In this document: piece by piece, positions 1 to 8,308 of the stretch | Layout of the letters: each line of letters begins with the position of its first letter | Numbering within the stretch: position 1 is the stretch's first letter | Assembly: GCA_963736005.1 (NCBI GenBank) | Contig: CAVTNB010000001.1 | Coordinates: forward strand, 800,001-864,000 | DNA length: 64,000 nt | From: an uncultured Pseudomonadota bacterium | GTDB lineage: Bacteria > Vulcanimicrobiota > Vulcanimicrobiia > Eremiobacterales > Eremiobacteraceae | Direction: 5' to 3' | Program-made: the position numbers and the translations under genes | Notes under the pieces: generated by a model | Database searches by the model: none | What the model was told of the DNA's origin: nothing | What the model saw: the letters and a program-made list of their open reading frames with translations, nothing else

Positions 1-498
1 CAGGGCACGGTAGCGCTCGAGCTGTGTCGCGAGGTCCCCGATCTCGATGCGTTGTTCGTTCCGCTCGGCGGTGGTGGGCTGCTCTCTGGAAGCGCGGTGG
101 CCGCAAAAGGTCTGCGACCGGAGATTGCGCTCTACGGCGTCGAGCCACAGGCGGGCAACGATTGGGAACGTTCGTTTCAAAAGGGCGAGCGCGTGCGGAT
201 AGCCATTCCCGATACCATCGCCGACGGTTTGCAAGCGACATCGCCCGGTGCGCTCGCCTGGCCGATCGTGCACGCACTCGTCGCGGGCGTTCTCACCGTT
301 TCTGACGATGAAATTCGACAGACGATGCGTCTGCTTTTTGAATTCGGCAGGCTCGTCGTCGAACCATCGGGCGCGGTCGCCGTCGCTGCAGCAATGTTTC
401 ACAAGACGGCGCTGCGCGGCAAGCGAATTGGAGCGATCATCTCAGGTGGCAATGTGGACCCGCGGGAGTTTTGCAAACTCATTTCAAGCGCTAGCTGA
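1..498 (+). CDS. Threonine/serine dehydratase-like PLP enzyme (5'-truncated by window edge)
   Basis: Frame 1 reads QGTVALEL...VPLGGGGLLSG...TIADGL...VVEPSGA...ISGGNVD, typical of the fold-type II dehydratase C-terminal half. Confidence 0.9.
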   Translation, partial: QGTVALELCREVPDLDALFVPLGGGGLLSGSAVAAKGLRPEIALYGVEPQAGNDWERSFQKGERVRIAIPDTIADGLQATSPGALAWPIVHALVAGVLTVSDDEIRQTMRLLFEFGRLVVEPSGAVAVAAAMFHKTALRGKRIGAIISGGNVDPREFCKLISSAS

Positions 499-565
499 GG
501 TCGATGGGTACAGGGGCCATGGCCTGTCCCTCGAATACGTCGAGTACGACAGAGGAGGTTTTGCT

Positions 566-943
566 ATGGCAAAGACCGTTGCTCTCATTTTTGGCATCAT
601 CTATACGCTTGTCGGTATCATCGGTTTCCTTCCCGCCTTGGGTGGCACATTTGGCATGGCTCCCAGTGCGTTGCTCAATATCTTCAGTATCAATGCTCTT
701 CACAACGTCGTTCACTTGGTCATCGGTGTTGGGGCGTTGATCGTTTCGGGCACTGAAGAAAAAGCAGCTCCATTCTTGCGCACGTTTGGATACATTCTCA
801 TCCTCATCGCCATTGTGGGCTTCTTTTGGAAAAACCCGTTCAATATTTTGCCGATTGGCGGCCCAGACGTTTGGCTCCATCTTGTCACCGGGCTCATCTT
901 CGTGTGGGCCGGGATGACCTCCGCACGCCCGGCCACTGCGTAA
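566..943 (+). CDS. Small membrane protein, DUF4383-like
   Basis: GGAGG RBS then ATG at 566; four hydrophobic segments; motifs 'NALHNVVHL' and 'DVWLHL'. Confidence 0.75.
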   Translation: MAKTVALIFGIIYTLVGIIGFLPALGGTFGMAPSALLNIFSINALHNVVHLVIGVGALIVSGTEEKAAPFLRTFGYILILIAIVGFFWKNPFNILPIGGPDVWLHLVTGLIFVWAGMTSARPATA

Positions 944-969
944 CCTTCCGCGGGATCGCGCATCGACGA

Positions 970-993
970 GCGGGCGACTTGACAGTCGCCCGC
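970..993. repeat. REP-like palindrome, family A (GTAG tag degenerate)
   Basis: gcgggcgact-tgac-agtcgcccgc, a perfect inverted repeat matching other copies in the window. Confidence 0.8.
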
Positions 994-1018
994 AATTATT
1001 TGGTCAAGGCCTCGAGTT

Positions 1019-1882
1019 GTGACTGACTTTACCTTCATAACCTATCGCGATTTGCCAAACCTCGACCCAGACGATCGTCTCGCCGCCGACTTGTTACGAC
1101 AGCGAGGCTTTACCGTTGGCGTGGCGGTCTGGGACGATCCCTCGGTTACATGGGCGAACGGCGGCATTTGCGTTTTGCGCTCCACGTGGGATTACAATCT
1201 GCGACTTCAGCAGTTTCTTGCTTGGGCTGAATCGGTTGCAGCGATTGCACCATTGTATAATCCGATCTCTTTGGTCCGGTGGAACAGCCATAAAAGCTAT
1301 TTGAAAGACCTCGCGGCGCGGGGCGTGCCGGTTGTTCCAACCCACTGGCTGAAAATTGGCGCGCAGGTTGACCTTGCAGCGATTCTCCGCGAACTGCGCT
1401 GGGAACGAGCAGTCGCCAAACCGGCCGTCGGCCTGTCGACCTACGGAGTGAAGGTCGTCGACGCAGGTCCGGACGCGCAGGCGCATGTCAATGAGCTGCT
1501 GCGCGAATATGACGTTATGCTGCAACCATATATTACCTCAGTCGACGATTATGGCGAGCGGGCGCTGACGTTCATCGATGGAATCTATTCCCATGCGACG
1601 CGCAAGACCGCATTTCAGTCGCTTGCGCCTGCGGGTGAAGCGGGAGAGACTGCAGCGCAAGCCACAGGAGAGGAGATTGCAGTTGGAGTGGCCGCGATGC
1701 GGGCGCTGGAGGAACCGGCTCTGTATGGACGCGTCGATATCGTCCGCGATAGCGCAGGCGCACCACGAGTGATTGAAATGGAGCTCGTCGAGCCAACCCT
1801 CTTTCTCGGAATGCACCCGCGCGCAGCAACTCGCTTTGCCGATGCGCTGGCCAAACGTGCGCGCTCACGGTCGCCATGGTGA
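1019..1882 (+). CDS. ATP-grasp fold protein (RimK/glutathione synthetase-like)
   Basis: Motifs RSTWDY, WNSHKSYL, KPAVG, YGRVDIV, EMELVEPTLF. Confidence 0.8.
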   Translation: MTDFTFITYRDLPNLDPDDRLAADLLRQRGFTVGVAVWDDPSVTWANGGICVLRSTWDYNLRLQQFLAWAESVAAIAPLYNPISLVRWNSHKSYLKDLAARGVPVVPTHWLKIGAQVDLAAILRELRWERAVAKPAVGLSTYGVKVVDAGPDAQAHVNELLREYDVMLQPYITSVDDYGERALTFIDGIYSHATRKTAFQSLAPAGEAGETAAQATGEEIAVGVAAMRALEEPALYGRVDIVRDSAGAPRVIEMELVEPTLFLGMHPRAATRFADALAKRARSRSPW

Positions 1883-2571
1883 TTTATCATTTTTGCAACG
1901 ATACGTTTGGCAGACCGTTTCCGGCGGTGTCAGCTGCGTTTGCGAAAGCGAGTGGGCTGCGGATCGTTCGGGTGTTGGCTGAGAAGCCGCCCGAATCTTC
2001 GCTTGCTTCGATGTCGAAAGCGATTCGCAGACCCGCAAGTCGCGCGCTTCGACGCGTTCAGCGGATGTTAACTAGAGCTCCCAGTCATGGTGAGGATTTG
2101 CCGACTCTCTATGTAACTGACGTCAACGCTCAAAGTTTCCGGCGATATATCAAAAAGGGCGACGCCGGCGTCATCACGGGCTTCAATCAGATCTTTAGCG
2201 CGGAGACGATCGAACGCTTCAGCTCGTTCGTGAATCTGCATCCCTCAATATTGCCGCTCTACCGCGGACCGGTTCCGACCTACTGGTGCATTCGCAATCG
2301 CGAACGCTTGACTGGATTCACCTTGCATAAGGTGACTCCCAAGATTGACGTAGGCGAAGCGCTGTATCAGGAAGTTGTTCCCATTGAGGGCGAGACCGAT
2401 GTGCTCGGTCTCGAGCTGAAGATCGCTCGCGCTGCGCTGCCGATGTTCTCGCGTTACTTAGAGCACCTTGCAACCGGCATGGAATGGGTGCCTCAATACG
2501 TTGATGCGTTCACCGTATACCAAACGCATCAGAACTACGCGACGTTTCCGGAGCTAGAATCTTTGGGATGA
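1876..2571 (+). CDS. Formyltransferase family protein
   Basis: NLHPSILPLYRG and TGFTLHKV..KIDVG motifs; overlaps the upstream ORF. Confidence 0.8.
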   Translation: MVIYHFCNDTFGRPFPAVSAAFAKASGLRIVRVLAEKPPESSLASMSKAIRRPASRALRRVQRMLTRAPSHGEDLPTLYVTDVNAQSFRRYIKKGDAGVITGFNQIFSAETIERFSSFVNLHPSILPLYRGPVPTYWCIRNRERLTGFTLHKVTPKIDVGEALYQEVVPIEGETDVLGLELKIARAALPMFSRYLEHLATGMEWVPQYVDAFTVYQTHQNYATFPELESLG

Positions 2572-2612
2572 CCGGGACTCGAACCCGGACGCCCTTTCGG
2601 GCGACAGATTTT

Positions 2613-2861
2613 CGCACCACTATGGCTTTCGCCACCACGTAAAGCGGACCTAAAGGTCCGCTGCTACATTGTTTGTGGTCCGGACTGTGCCTTGACCATA
2701 TCGCTTTGCCGCGACGTAGGCCGCGCCCATCCAGTCTCTACGCCTTCTTTCGTGCGTGCATCGAAAGCTTGGTTCGGCGTTGTCACGCCCCGCGGGCAAG
2801 AGAGTTCGCCGAGTTTGAGCGCATCCCGAAGGCGGTTTCCCAATCCTTCGGCTCCAAACGG
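2613..2861 (-). ncRNA. Group I self-splicing intron (IC3-like), 249 nt, no homing-endonuclease ORF
   Basis: Inserted after U34; P1 CUU|C-CGUUU-GGAG with a U-G splice-site pair; P/Q/R/S-like cores CTCAAACTCGGCGAA, AACGCCGAACCAAG, GCGTAGAGACTGGATGG, AAGGCACAGTCC; terminal G. Confidence 0.9.
2643..2667 (-). repeat. REP-like palindrome, family B, inside the intron
   Basis: GTAG-CAGCGGACC-TTTA-GGTCCGCT, identical to 23981-24005 and 35526-35550. Confidence 0.85.
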
Positions 2862-2951
2862 AAGTCTGTCGTGTCTGCCGATTTCACCATCATCCCACGA
2901 TCGGCGTCGATATCGTTGGCTTTCGCCGTGTCAAACGCCTCGGTGACTGAA

Positions 2952-3134
2952 CTAGCGGCGTCCAGCCTCATCGTAGCTTCGTGCCATCGGGTATAATCTC
3001 GCAAATCCAGCAATCGAGAGCACACCGAAGATGACAGCATCCCATGGGAAACCGCTATCACCGATGCTCAGGGACATCCAGAACACCGTGATCGCGATGT
3101 TGAGCATGCAGCCGATCCACCAAAGCACAACCAT
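2952..3134 (-). CDS. Small hypothetical membrane protein (60 aa)
   Basis: GAGGTGG RBS upstream; two hydrophobic segments. Confidence 0.5.
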   Translation of the reverse strand: MVVLWWIGCMLNIAITVFWMSLSIGDSGFPWDAVIFGVLSIAGFARLYPMARSYDEAGRR

Positions 3135-3165
3135 AACAATTCCACCTCAGTGGATTATCGGCATT

Positions 3166-3281
3166 TGGGCGACTTGACAGTCGCCCACTACGTTGGCGCG
3201 GGCGGCGGGAATGGGGCGATTTTCCAATCGCCCCCTACAGGGCGCGGACGGCATTTGGGCGATTTTCCAATCGCCCGCTAC
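3166..3281 (-). repeat. Cluster of three family-A REPs (3166-3191, 3213-3238, 3257-3281)
   Basis: Each is GTAG-N-GGGCGA..TCGCCC on the minus strand. Confidence 0.88.
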
Positions 3282-5401
3282 ACGACTGGGGCGAGGACGA
3301 GGAGCTCGTTTACCCCTTCGTCCAGCACTTGCTGGGCGAAGCTTTTTGGCCCCAGCCATCGCGGCTTCGTGCGAACCCCCTCCACAACAAACGTTGCTCC
3401 TGGGTGCGCCGCACCCATTCGCGCCAAGCCCCTCGCGGGGTTGGTGTCGGAATCGACCACCCAACGCCCATCGAGCATCCGCGTTGTTTCGCTCAACGTC
3501 TTGAGCGCAGCGCTTTGCGCGGCTTGCGCCGACGAGCTCACATGCACTACCGTAAAATCCGCATTGAGACGCTTGGCAAGCCGCGCCGCACGCTGCACGA
3601 GCACCGTGTCGCGCTCCCGAGCTGCGACCCCGAGCACAATTTCGCGGACGACATGCGGCACGCGCGTCGTTGCGCGCGCCCTCAGTGCTTCTCGCAAGGC
3701 GAGCTCGCGCAGCGCTGTGAGATTCTCGGTCCGAAAGAACGAACTGAGCGCTGCTTCAATCCGTTCCTTTGGATAAATTTTCCCCGCGCGGAGGCGATCG
3801 CGCAGCGTCTGGGCGCTGGCGTCGATGAGAACGACGTCGTCTGCCAGCTCCAAGATGCCATCCGGCATCGTCTCGCGTACCGTTACGCCCGTGAGCCGGC
3901 GCACGATGTCATTGAGACCTTCGAGATGTTGAACGTTGAGCGTAGTCAGCACCGAGATCCCCGACCTCAGGACGCTGAGAACGTCTTCATAGCGCTTGGG
4001 AAATTTGCTGCCGGGGGCGTTGGTGTGCGCAAGCTCGTCGATGAGGGCAACCTGTGGGCGGCGCTTAAGCAGCGCTTCGAGATCGAGCTCTGAATAGCGC
4101 ATCCCACCACTGACGATCTCTAATCTCGGTAACGTTTCCAGGCCTTCAAGTTTCCGGGTCGTATCGACACGCCCATGTGTCTCGACAAATGCAATGACGA
4201 CGTCGACACCTTCGCTTTTCAATTGGTGTGCCTGGTCGAGCATCGCATAGGTCTTGCCGCATCCGGCCGCCGCGCCCAGATAGACGGTGAGGCGACCGTA
4301 ACCCACGCGCATCCGATCGCCAGCCGTGCGCGCGTACGGATGCTGGCCAAAATCGTACGGTCCTTCTCGCTCGACGGGTTCGACGAGCCTCGAGGCGACG
4401 AACACATCGCGATCGATAGGGAGCTTCAGCAATTCGCTCGATACCCTGCCTTTCGGCAGCGCGACAAACGAAGCTGCGAGGTCGCGAAGTTGTGGTCTTG
4501 CAAAATCAAACGTCGAGTTCGACACGACGTGCGCGCCAACGGACGTGGCGACTCGCGCAACACTCTCTTCGCCGAAGCCGGGCGCTGGCAACACGGCGAG
4601 ATCGAGATTGAAGGCGTCCGCAAACGCGCCGACCCGGGCAAGAAACGCTTCAGTATTGAAGCCCGGGAACAAGAGCGCGAGCGCCGTTGACATGCGAGCG
4701 GCGGGGAGCTCCGGCACTGTGAGGTCATCAATGGTCCGCAGCATCATCTCGCGCAATGCGCGCAACGTCTGCGGCCGAAATGGGCCTTGCAACGCGCGCT
4801 CGATATCATCTTTGCGCACGATAGCGCCCGCGTAGAGGCGCGCTTCAAGCTGCTCGCGCTCCACGTCGATGGCAATAACCTGGTCTGCCGCTTTGAGAAA
4901 CGTCAGCGGCACGATTTCCCGAATGGGGAAGCCGATGAGGGCTTCTGCCGTCGGTGCGACGGTATCGAGGTGCGCGATGTTCATCGCACCGAGCACGCTG
5001 ATGCCGGCAGCGCGCAGGGCGAGGGCGTCTTGCCAGCGCTTCGCGTGCACGGATCCGGGAAGATTCGTGTGCGCAAGCTCATCGAGCACAATAGCCTGTG
5101 GTCGCGCAGCCAGCGCGGCTTCGAAGTCAAACTCGGGGAACGTCGTCGCTCCAACTTCAACCATTCGCGGGGGGATGCGCGGCAGACCCTCGCACAGTCT
5201 CTCGAGATCCGCCCTGCCTTTTGTTTCGATCCATCCGAGCACGACGTTGGTGCCGCTCTGTTGTAACTGTCGAGCTTCGCCGATCAGCCGATACGTCTTG
5301 CCCGCTCCGGGAGCGAAGCTGACGAACACCGTGAGGCGCGCCTGGGCCCCAATCTCCTTGAGGAGCTCGGTTGGGGTGGGGCGCTGCGCACGTGCGTCCA
5401 T
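3278..5401 (-). CDS. kdpD: Soluble KdpD-like sensor with two tandem KdpD N-terminal domains and USP-like domain(s); no TM or kinase domain
   Basis: Two copies of the G.GKTY / ET.GR / DELAHTN.PGS / N..HL motif set; likely start MDARAQ at 5401 (the longer ORF is an antisense overlap with the kinase). Confidence 0.85.
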   Translation of the reverse strand: MDARAQRPTPTELLKEIGAQARLTVFVSFAPGAGKTYRLIGEARQLQQSGTNVVLGWIETKGRADLERLCEGLPRIPPRMVEVGATTFPEFDFEAALAARPQAIVLDELAHTNLPGSVHAKRWQDALALRAAGISVLGAMNIAHLDTVAPTAEALIGFPIREIVPLTFLKAADQVIAIDVEREQLEARLYAGAIVRKDDIERALQGPFRPQTLRALREMMLRTIDDLTVPELPAARMSTALALLFPGFNTEAFLARVGAFADAFNLDLAVLPAPGFGEESVARVATSVGAHVVSNSTFDFARPQLRDLAASFVALPKGRVSSELLKLPIDRDVFVASRLVEPVEREGPYDFGQHPYARTAGDRMRVGYGRLTVYLGAAAGCGKTYAMLDQAHQLKSEGVDVVIAFVETHGRVDTTRKLEGLETLPRLEIVSGGMRYSELDLEALLKRRPQVALIDELAHTNAPGSKFPKRYEDVLSVLRSGISVLTTLNVQHLEGLNDIVRRLTGVTVRETMPDGILELADDVVLIDASAQTLRDRLRAGKIYPKERIEAALSSFFRTENLTALRELALREALRARATTRVPHVVREIVLGVAARERDTVLVQRAARLAKRLNADFTVVHVSSSAQAAQSAALKTLSETTRMLDGRWVVDSDTNPARGLARMGAAHPGATFVVEGVRTKPRWLGPKSFAQQVLDEGVNELLVLAPVV

Positions 5402-5473
5402 GAGTGGATTCTTCTGCCAGGTCAAAAGCTTTTCCAGCCGAAGCGTCCGATTGAAATGCAGAACTCCGCAAAC

Positions 5474-7078
5474 ATGAGACCACACCTGACGCTCATTGTC
5501 TGCATTGTTCTTCTCCTCGGCGCGTTTGCGTTTGACATGATAACGCCGCAAGCGCTCGTGGCAGCGATTCTGTTGACCATTCCCGTGGCGTTGAGCAGCT
5601 TGCTTCTCAACCGCAAGATCACGGGGACATTTGTCGTCGCGGCGCTCGTGGCCGACGTCGTTGCCGGTTGGTACAACGGCGCAGTCGAAGGACATCACTG
5701 GAGCACGATTGCCATCGCCAACCGGGCGCTGGCGGCGTTCTCCATCATTCTTGTCGGCGTGCTCGGCACGCTCGCGCAAGCAGCAGCGCAACGAAGCGGC
5801 CAAATTGCGGCCGAGCACCGTCAGGCCGAGCGAGAGCAGGCACTGCGCCGAGCCATGGAAACGATTCGTTCGTCGCTCAACGTCGAACTCGTCGCGCGGG
5901 CAATCGTACGGGAAGCGGTTGAGGCCCTGGGCGTCGACAGCGCTCGCCTTTATACGATTGAGAGCCATAATTTGGGAGCGACAACCTTCACGTGGGTCGC
6001 CGGCGGCGAGGACGTGAGCGTCAGCTGCGACCGTCCGAGCGCAGAGCTGCTTTCTCTGTTACAGCGAAGTCTCAGCGAGCGGCATCTCGTTGCGATAACC
6101 GAAGCCGATGCGCTGGGAAGGTTTGCGCTCGCGACGCTGGGCGCGGCACGCGCGATATGCGTCCCCTTAGTGAACTCCCAAATCACGTTTGGCATGCTGC
6201 TCTTGGCCGTCAAAGATGAGGGAAGTCTGCCGCCGGATATCGAGCAGTGGGTGGGAATCTTTGCCGAACAAGCCACCGTCGCGGCCGCTCAAGCCTCACT
6301 CTTTGTCGAGCTCGCCGATCGCAACGCCGAACTCCAGCAGGCAAACGAGACGCTGCAACGGCGTGGCGAGGTCATCCGTGACCTCGTGTATGCGTTATCT
6401 CACGACCTACGCACGCCCCTCACTGCGGCCGCGATGACCATGCAACAGGCACTCGACGGCGTTTACGGTCCGCTGCCGGAAAAGTATCGTGAAATTCTTC
6501 TCCGCTCGATTGTGTCGAACGACGAGCTTCGGCGGCTCGCCGAAACGTTGTTGCTCGTCGCTCGCTACGAGTCAGGCGAGCAATCGACCAGTCGCGAGCC
6601 CGTTGAGCTGGACGGTCTCGCCACGAGCGTGGTCACGGAGCTTGAGCCACTCTGGCGCGCGAAGCACATCGACTGCGCGGTTCGATCGGACGGTAAGTCG
6701 GCAATTTTAGGCGACGAGGCCGAGCTTCGGAGAGCGCTCACGAACCTGTTGGCCAACGCCATCAACTGGACGCCCGAAGGAGGCCACATTTGGATTACGA
6801 TCGCGCCCGCCGGCGCGAGAGTTTTGGTACGGGTTGAAGATGACGGCTACGGCGTTCCGCCACATGTGCGCAAGCAACTCTTTCAGCGCTTTGGCCCCGG
6901 CGATCACTCGCGACAAGGTGCGGGATCGGGGCTAGGTTTATACCTCGTCCGGCTGATCGCGGAAAATAACGGGGGAACGATTCGTTATGAACCCCGTGAA
7001 GGCGGGGGCAGCACCTTTGCGATCGATTTACCTGCCGCGCAAGCCGATGTAGCATCGCGAATTCATTCGCGAGTTTGA
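5474..7078 (+). CDS. Membrane sensor histidine kinase (TM helices, GAF, HisKA, HATPase)
   Basis: LSHDLRTPL H-box, NLLANA N-box, EDDGYG and GSGLGL G-boxes; hydrophobic N-terminus. Confidence 0.9.
   Translation: MRPHLTLIVCIVLLLGAFAFDMITPQALVAAILLTIPVALSSLLLNRKITGTFVVAALVADVVAGWYNGAVEGHHWSTIAIANRALAAFSIILVGVLGTLAQAAAQRSGQIAAEHRQAEREQALRRAMETIRSSLNVELVARAIVREAVEALGVDSARLYTIESHNLGATTFTWVAGGEDVSVSCDRPSAELLSLLQRSLSERHLVAITEADALGRFALATLGAARAICVPLVNSQITFGMLLLAVKDEGSLPPDIEQWVGIFAEQATVAAAQASLFVELADRNAELQQANETLQRRGEVIRDLVYALSHDLRTPLTAAAMTMQQALDGVYGPLPEKYREILLRSIVSNDELRRLAETLLLVARYESGEQSTSREPVELDGLATSVVTELEPLWRAKHIDCAVRSDGKSAILGDEAELRRALTNLLANAINWTPEGGHIWITIAPAGARVLVRVEDDGYGVPPHVRKQLFQRFGPGDHSRQGAGSGLGLYLVRLIAENNGGTIRYEPREGGGSTFAIDLPAAQADVASRIHSRV
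7049..7072 (+). repeat. REP-like palindrome, family C, within the last codons of the kinase
   Basis: GTAG-CA-TCGCGAATTCATTCGCGA; related to 20276-20299 and 23723-23747. Confidence 0.65.
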
Positions 7079-7079
7079 C

Positions 7080-7712
7080 GTGCCAAGCGTTGTGTTGGTG
7101 GAAGATCATGCACTAACCCGAGCCGGTCTGCGCGCCGCGCTTGCCGAGGCTGGATTCGAGGTCGTCGGCGAGGCGGCCGATGGATTGCGCGGCCTGGAAG
7201 AAGCGTCGCGCCTCAGGCCAGATATTGCCGTGGTCGACCTCGGATTACCGGGACTTGACGGAATTGACCTTACCCGACGCTTGCGCCAAGCCGTACCCGC
7301 CACCCGGGTCGTTATCTTGACGATGCACGACCTCGACACGGAGGTACTCGCGGCGCTGGCCGCCGGCGCCGATGCGTACTGTGTTAAGACGAGCAACCCA
7401 CAGGGGGTAATAACCGCGGTGCGTGTTGTTAGCGAAGGTGGCGCGTACTTTGACCCGGCTGTCGCACATGTCGTGCTTCGCAAGATAGCGAATCCCAGTG
7501 CTCCCTCCACAAAGGCAAGCTCGCCCCTCTCACCGCGCGAAACCGAGATTCTCAAACTGATTGCCGACGGTGTTGGAAATGCAGAAATCGCAGAGCGCTT
7601 GAGCATCGGCTTGGGAACCGTCAAGGGTCACGTGCGCGACATCTTGGAAAAGCTCTCCGCAGCGGATCGCACCCAGGCTGCAGTCGTAGCGCTACGGCGC
7701 GGAATTATCTAG
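7080..7712 (+). CDS. NarL/LuxR-family response regulator
   Basis: REC domain (VEDH, VDLGLPGLDG) plus LSPRETEIL...TVKGHV LuxR HTH. Confidence 0.92.
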   Translation: MPSVVLVEDHALTRAGLRAALAEAGFEVVGEAADGLRGLEEASRLRPDIAVVDLGLPGLDGIDLTRRLRQAVPATRVVILTMHDLDTEVLAALAAGADAYCVKTSNPQGVITAVRVVSEGGAYFDPAVAHVVLRKIANPSAPSTKASSPLSPRETEILKLIADGVGNAEIAERLSIGLGTVKGHVRDILEKLSAADRTQAAVVALRRGII

Positions 7713-8301
7713 CGGAATTGGCGTCGAGCGCAAGATTGAGCTCGAGCACGTTGACGCGAGGCTCCCCAAGGAATCCAAGCGTTCTGCCACGTTCGTGCGT
7801 GGCGACGAGCGCTAGCACCTGCGCGAGAGGGATGCCGCGTGCTTTTGCTATGCGCGGCGCTTGATAGTCTGCCGCTTGCGGACTGATATCAGGGTCAATG
7901 CCGCTGGCGCTGCTCGTCACGAGGTCGGGCGGCACGGGGCCGGTCGCGTCGGGGTTCTCCTTCTTCACCTCTGCGATGGTCGCTTTGGTCGCGTCAATCA
8001 GCTTCTTCGACGTCGGACCGAGATTCGTGGCGCCTGTGGATGTTGGATCATAACCTTTGCCGGCGGCGGACGGGCGACCATGGAAGTATTGCGGCTTGGT
8101 CCACAGCTGGCCAATGATCGCAGATCCCACCGGGATGCCGTTGCGATAAAGCATCTCGCCTTTTGCCTGCCAGGGGAAGATCAGCTGCGCGACAAGCGTC
8201 ATCACGATGGGGTAAACCAGTCCGAAGATTGCAACCGAACCTACTGTGTATATGACTGCAGTGCCGAGATACCTCAGGGTGCTGTCTTTGATGGTGTTCA
8301 T
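7705..8301 (-). CDS. kdpC: K+-transporting ATPase subunit C
   Basis: YFHGRPSA, DLVTSSASGIDPDIS, GEPRVNVLELNLALD. Confidence 0.95.
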   Translation of the reverse strand: MNTIKDSTLRYLGTAVIYTVGSVAIFGLVYPIVMTLVAQLIFPWQAKGEMLYRNGIPVGSAIIGQLWTKPQYFHGRPSAAGKGYDPTSTGATNLGPTSKKLIDATKATIAEVKKENPDATGPVPPDLVTSSASGIDPDISPQAADYQAPRIAKARGIPLAQVLALVATHERGRTLGFLGEPRVNVLELNLALDANSAR

Positions 8302-8308
8302 GATTTCC

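Larger units (their letters stand above)
2564..2896 (-). tRNA. trnL-UAA: tRNA-Leu(UAA), split by a group I intron (exons 2862-2896 and 2564-2612)
   Basis: Acceptor GGGATGA/TCATCCC-A; anticodon stem ACAGA/TCTGT with loop CTT|AAAA after splicing; long variable arm GCCCGAAAGGGC; T-loop GGTTCGAGTCC; CCA not encoded. Confidence 0.93.

Noticed and set aside
2673..3061. ORFs 2673-2996, 2692-2946 and 2783-3061
   Set aside because: They overlap the tRNA/intron and have no protein motifs; none resembles a homing endonuclease
3166..3281. Possible mini-CRISPR
   Set aside because: Same dispersed REP family with variable loops and short spacers
5402..5968. N-terminal 189 aa of the 896-aa KdpD ORF
   Set aside because: Antisense shadow of the kinase gene; homology begins near MDARAQ
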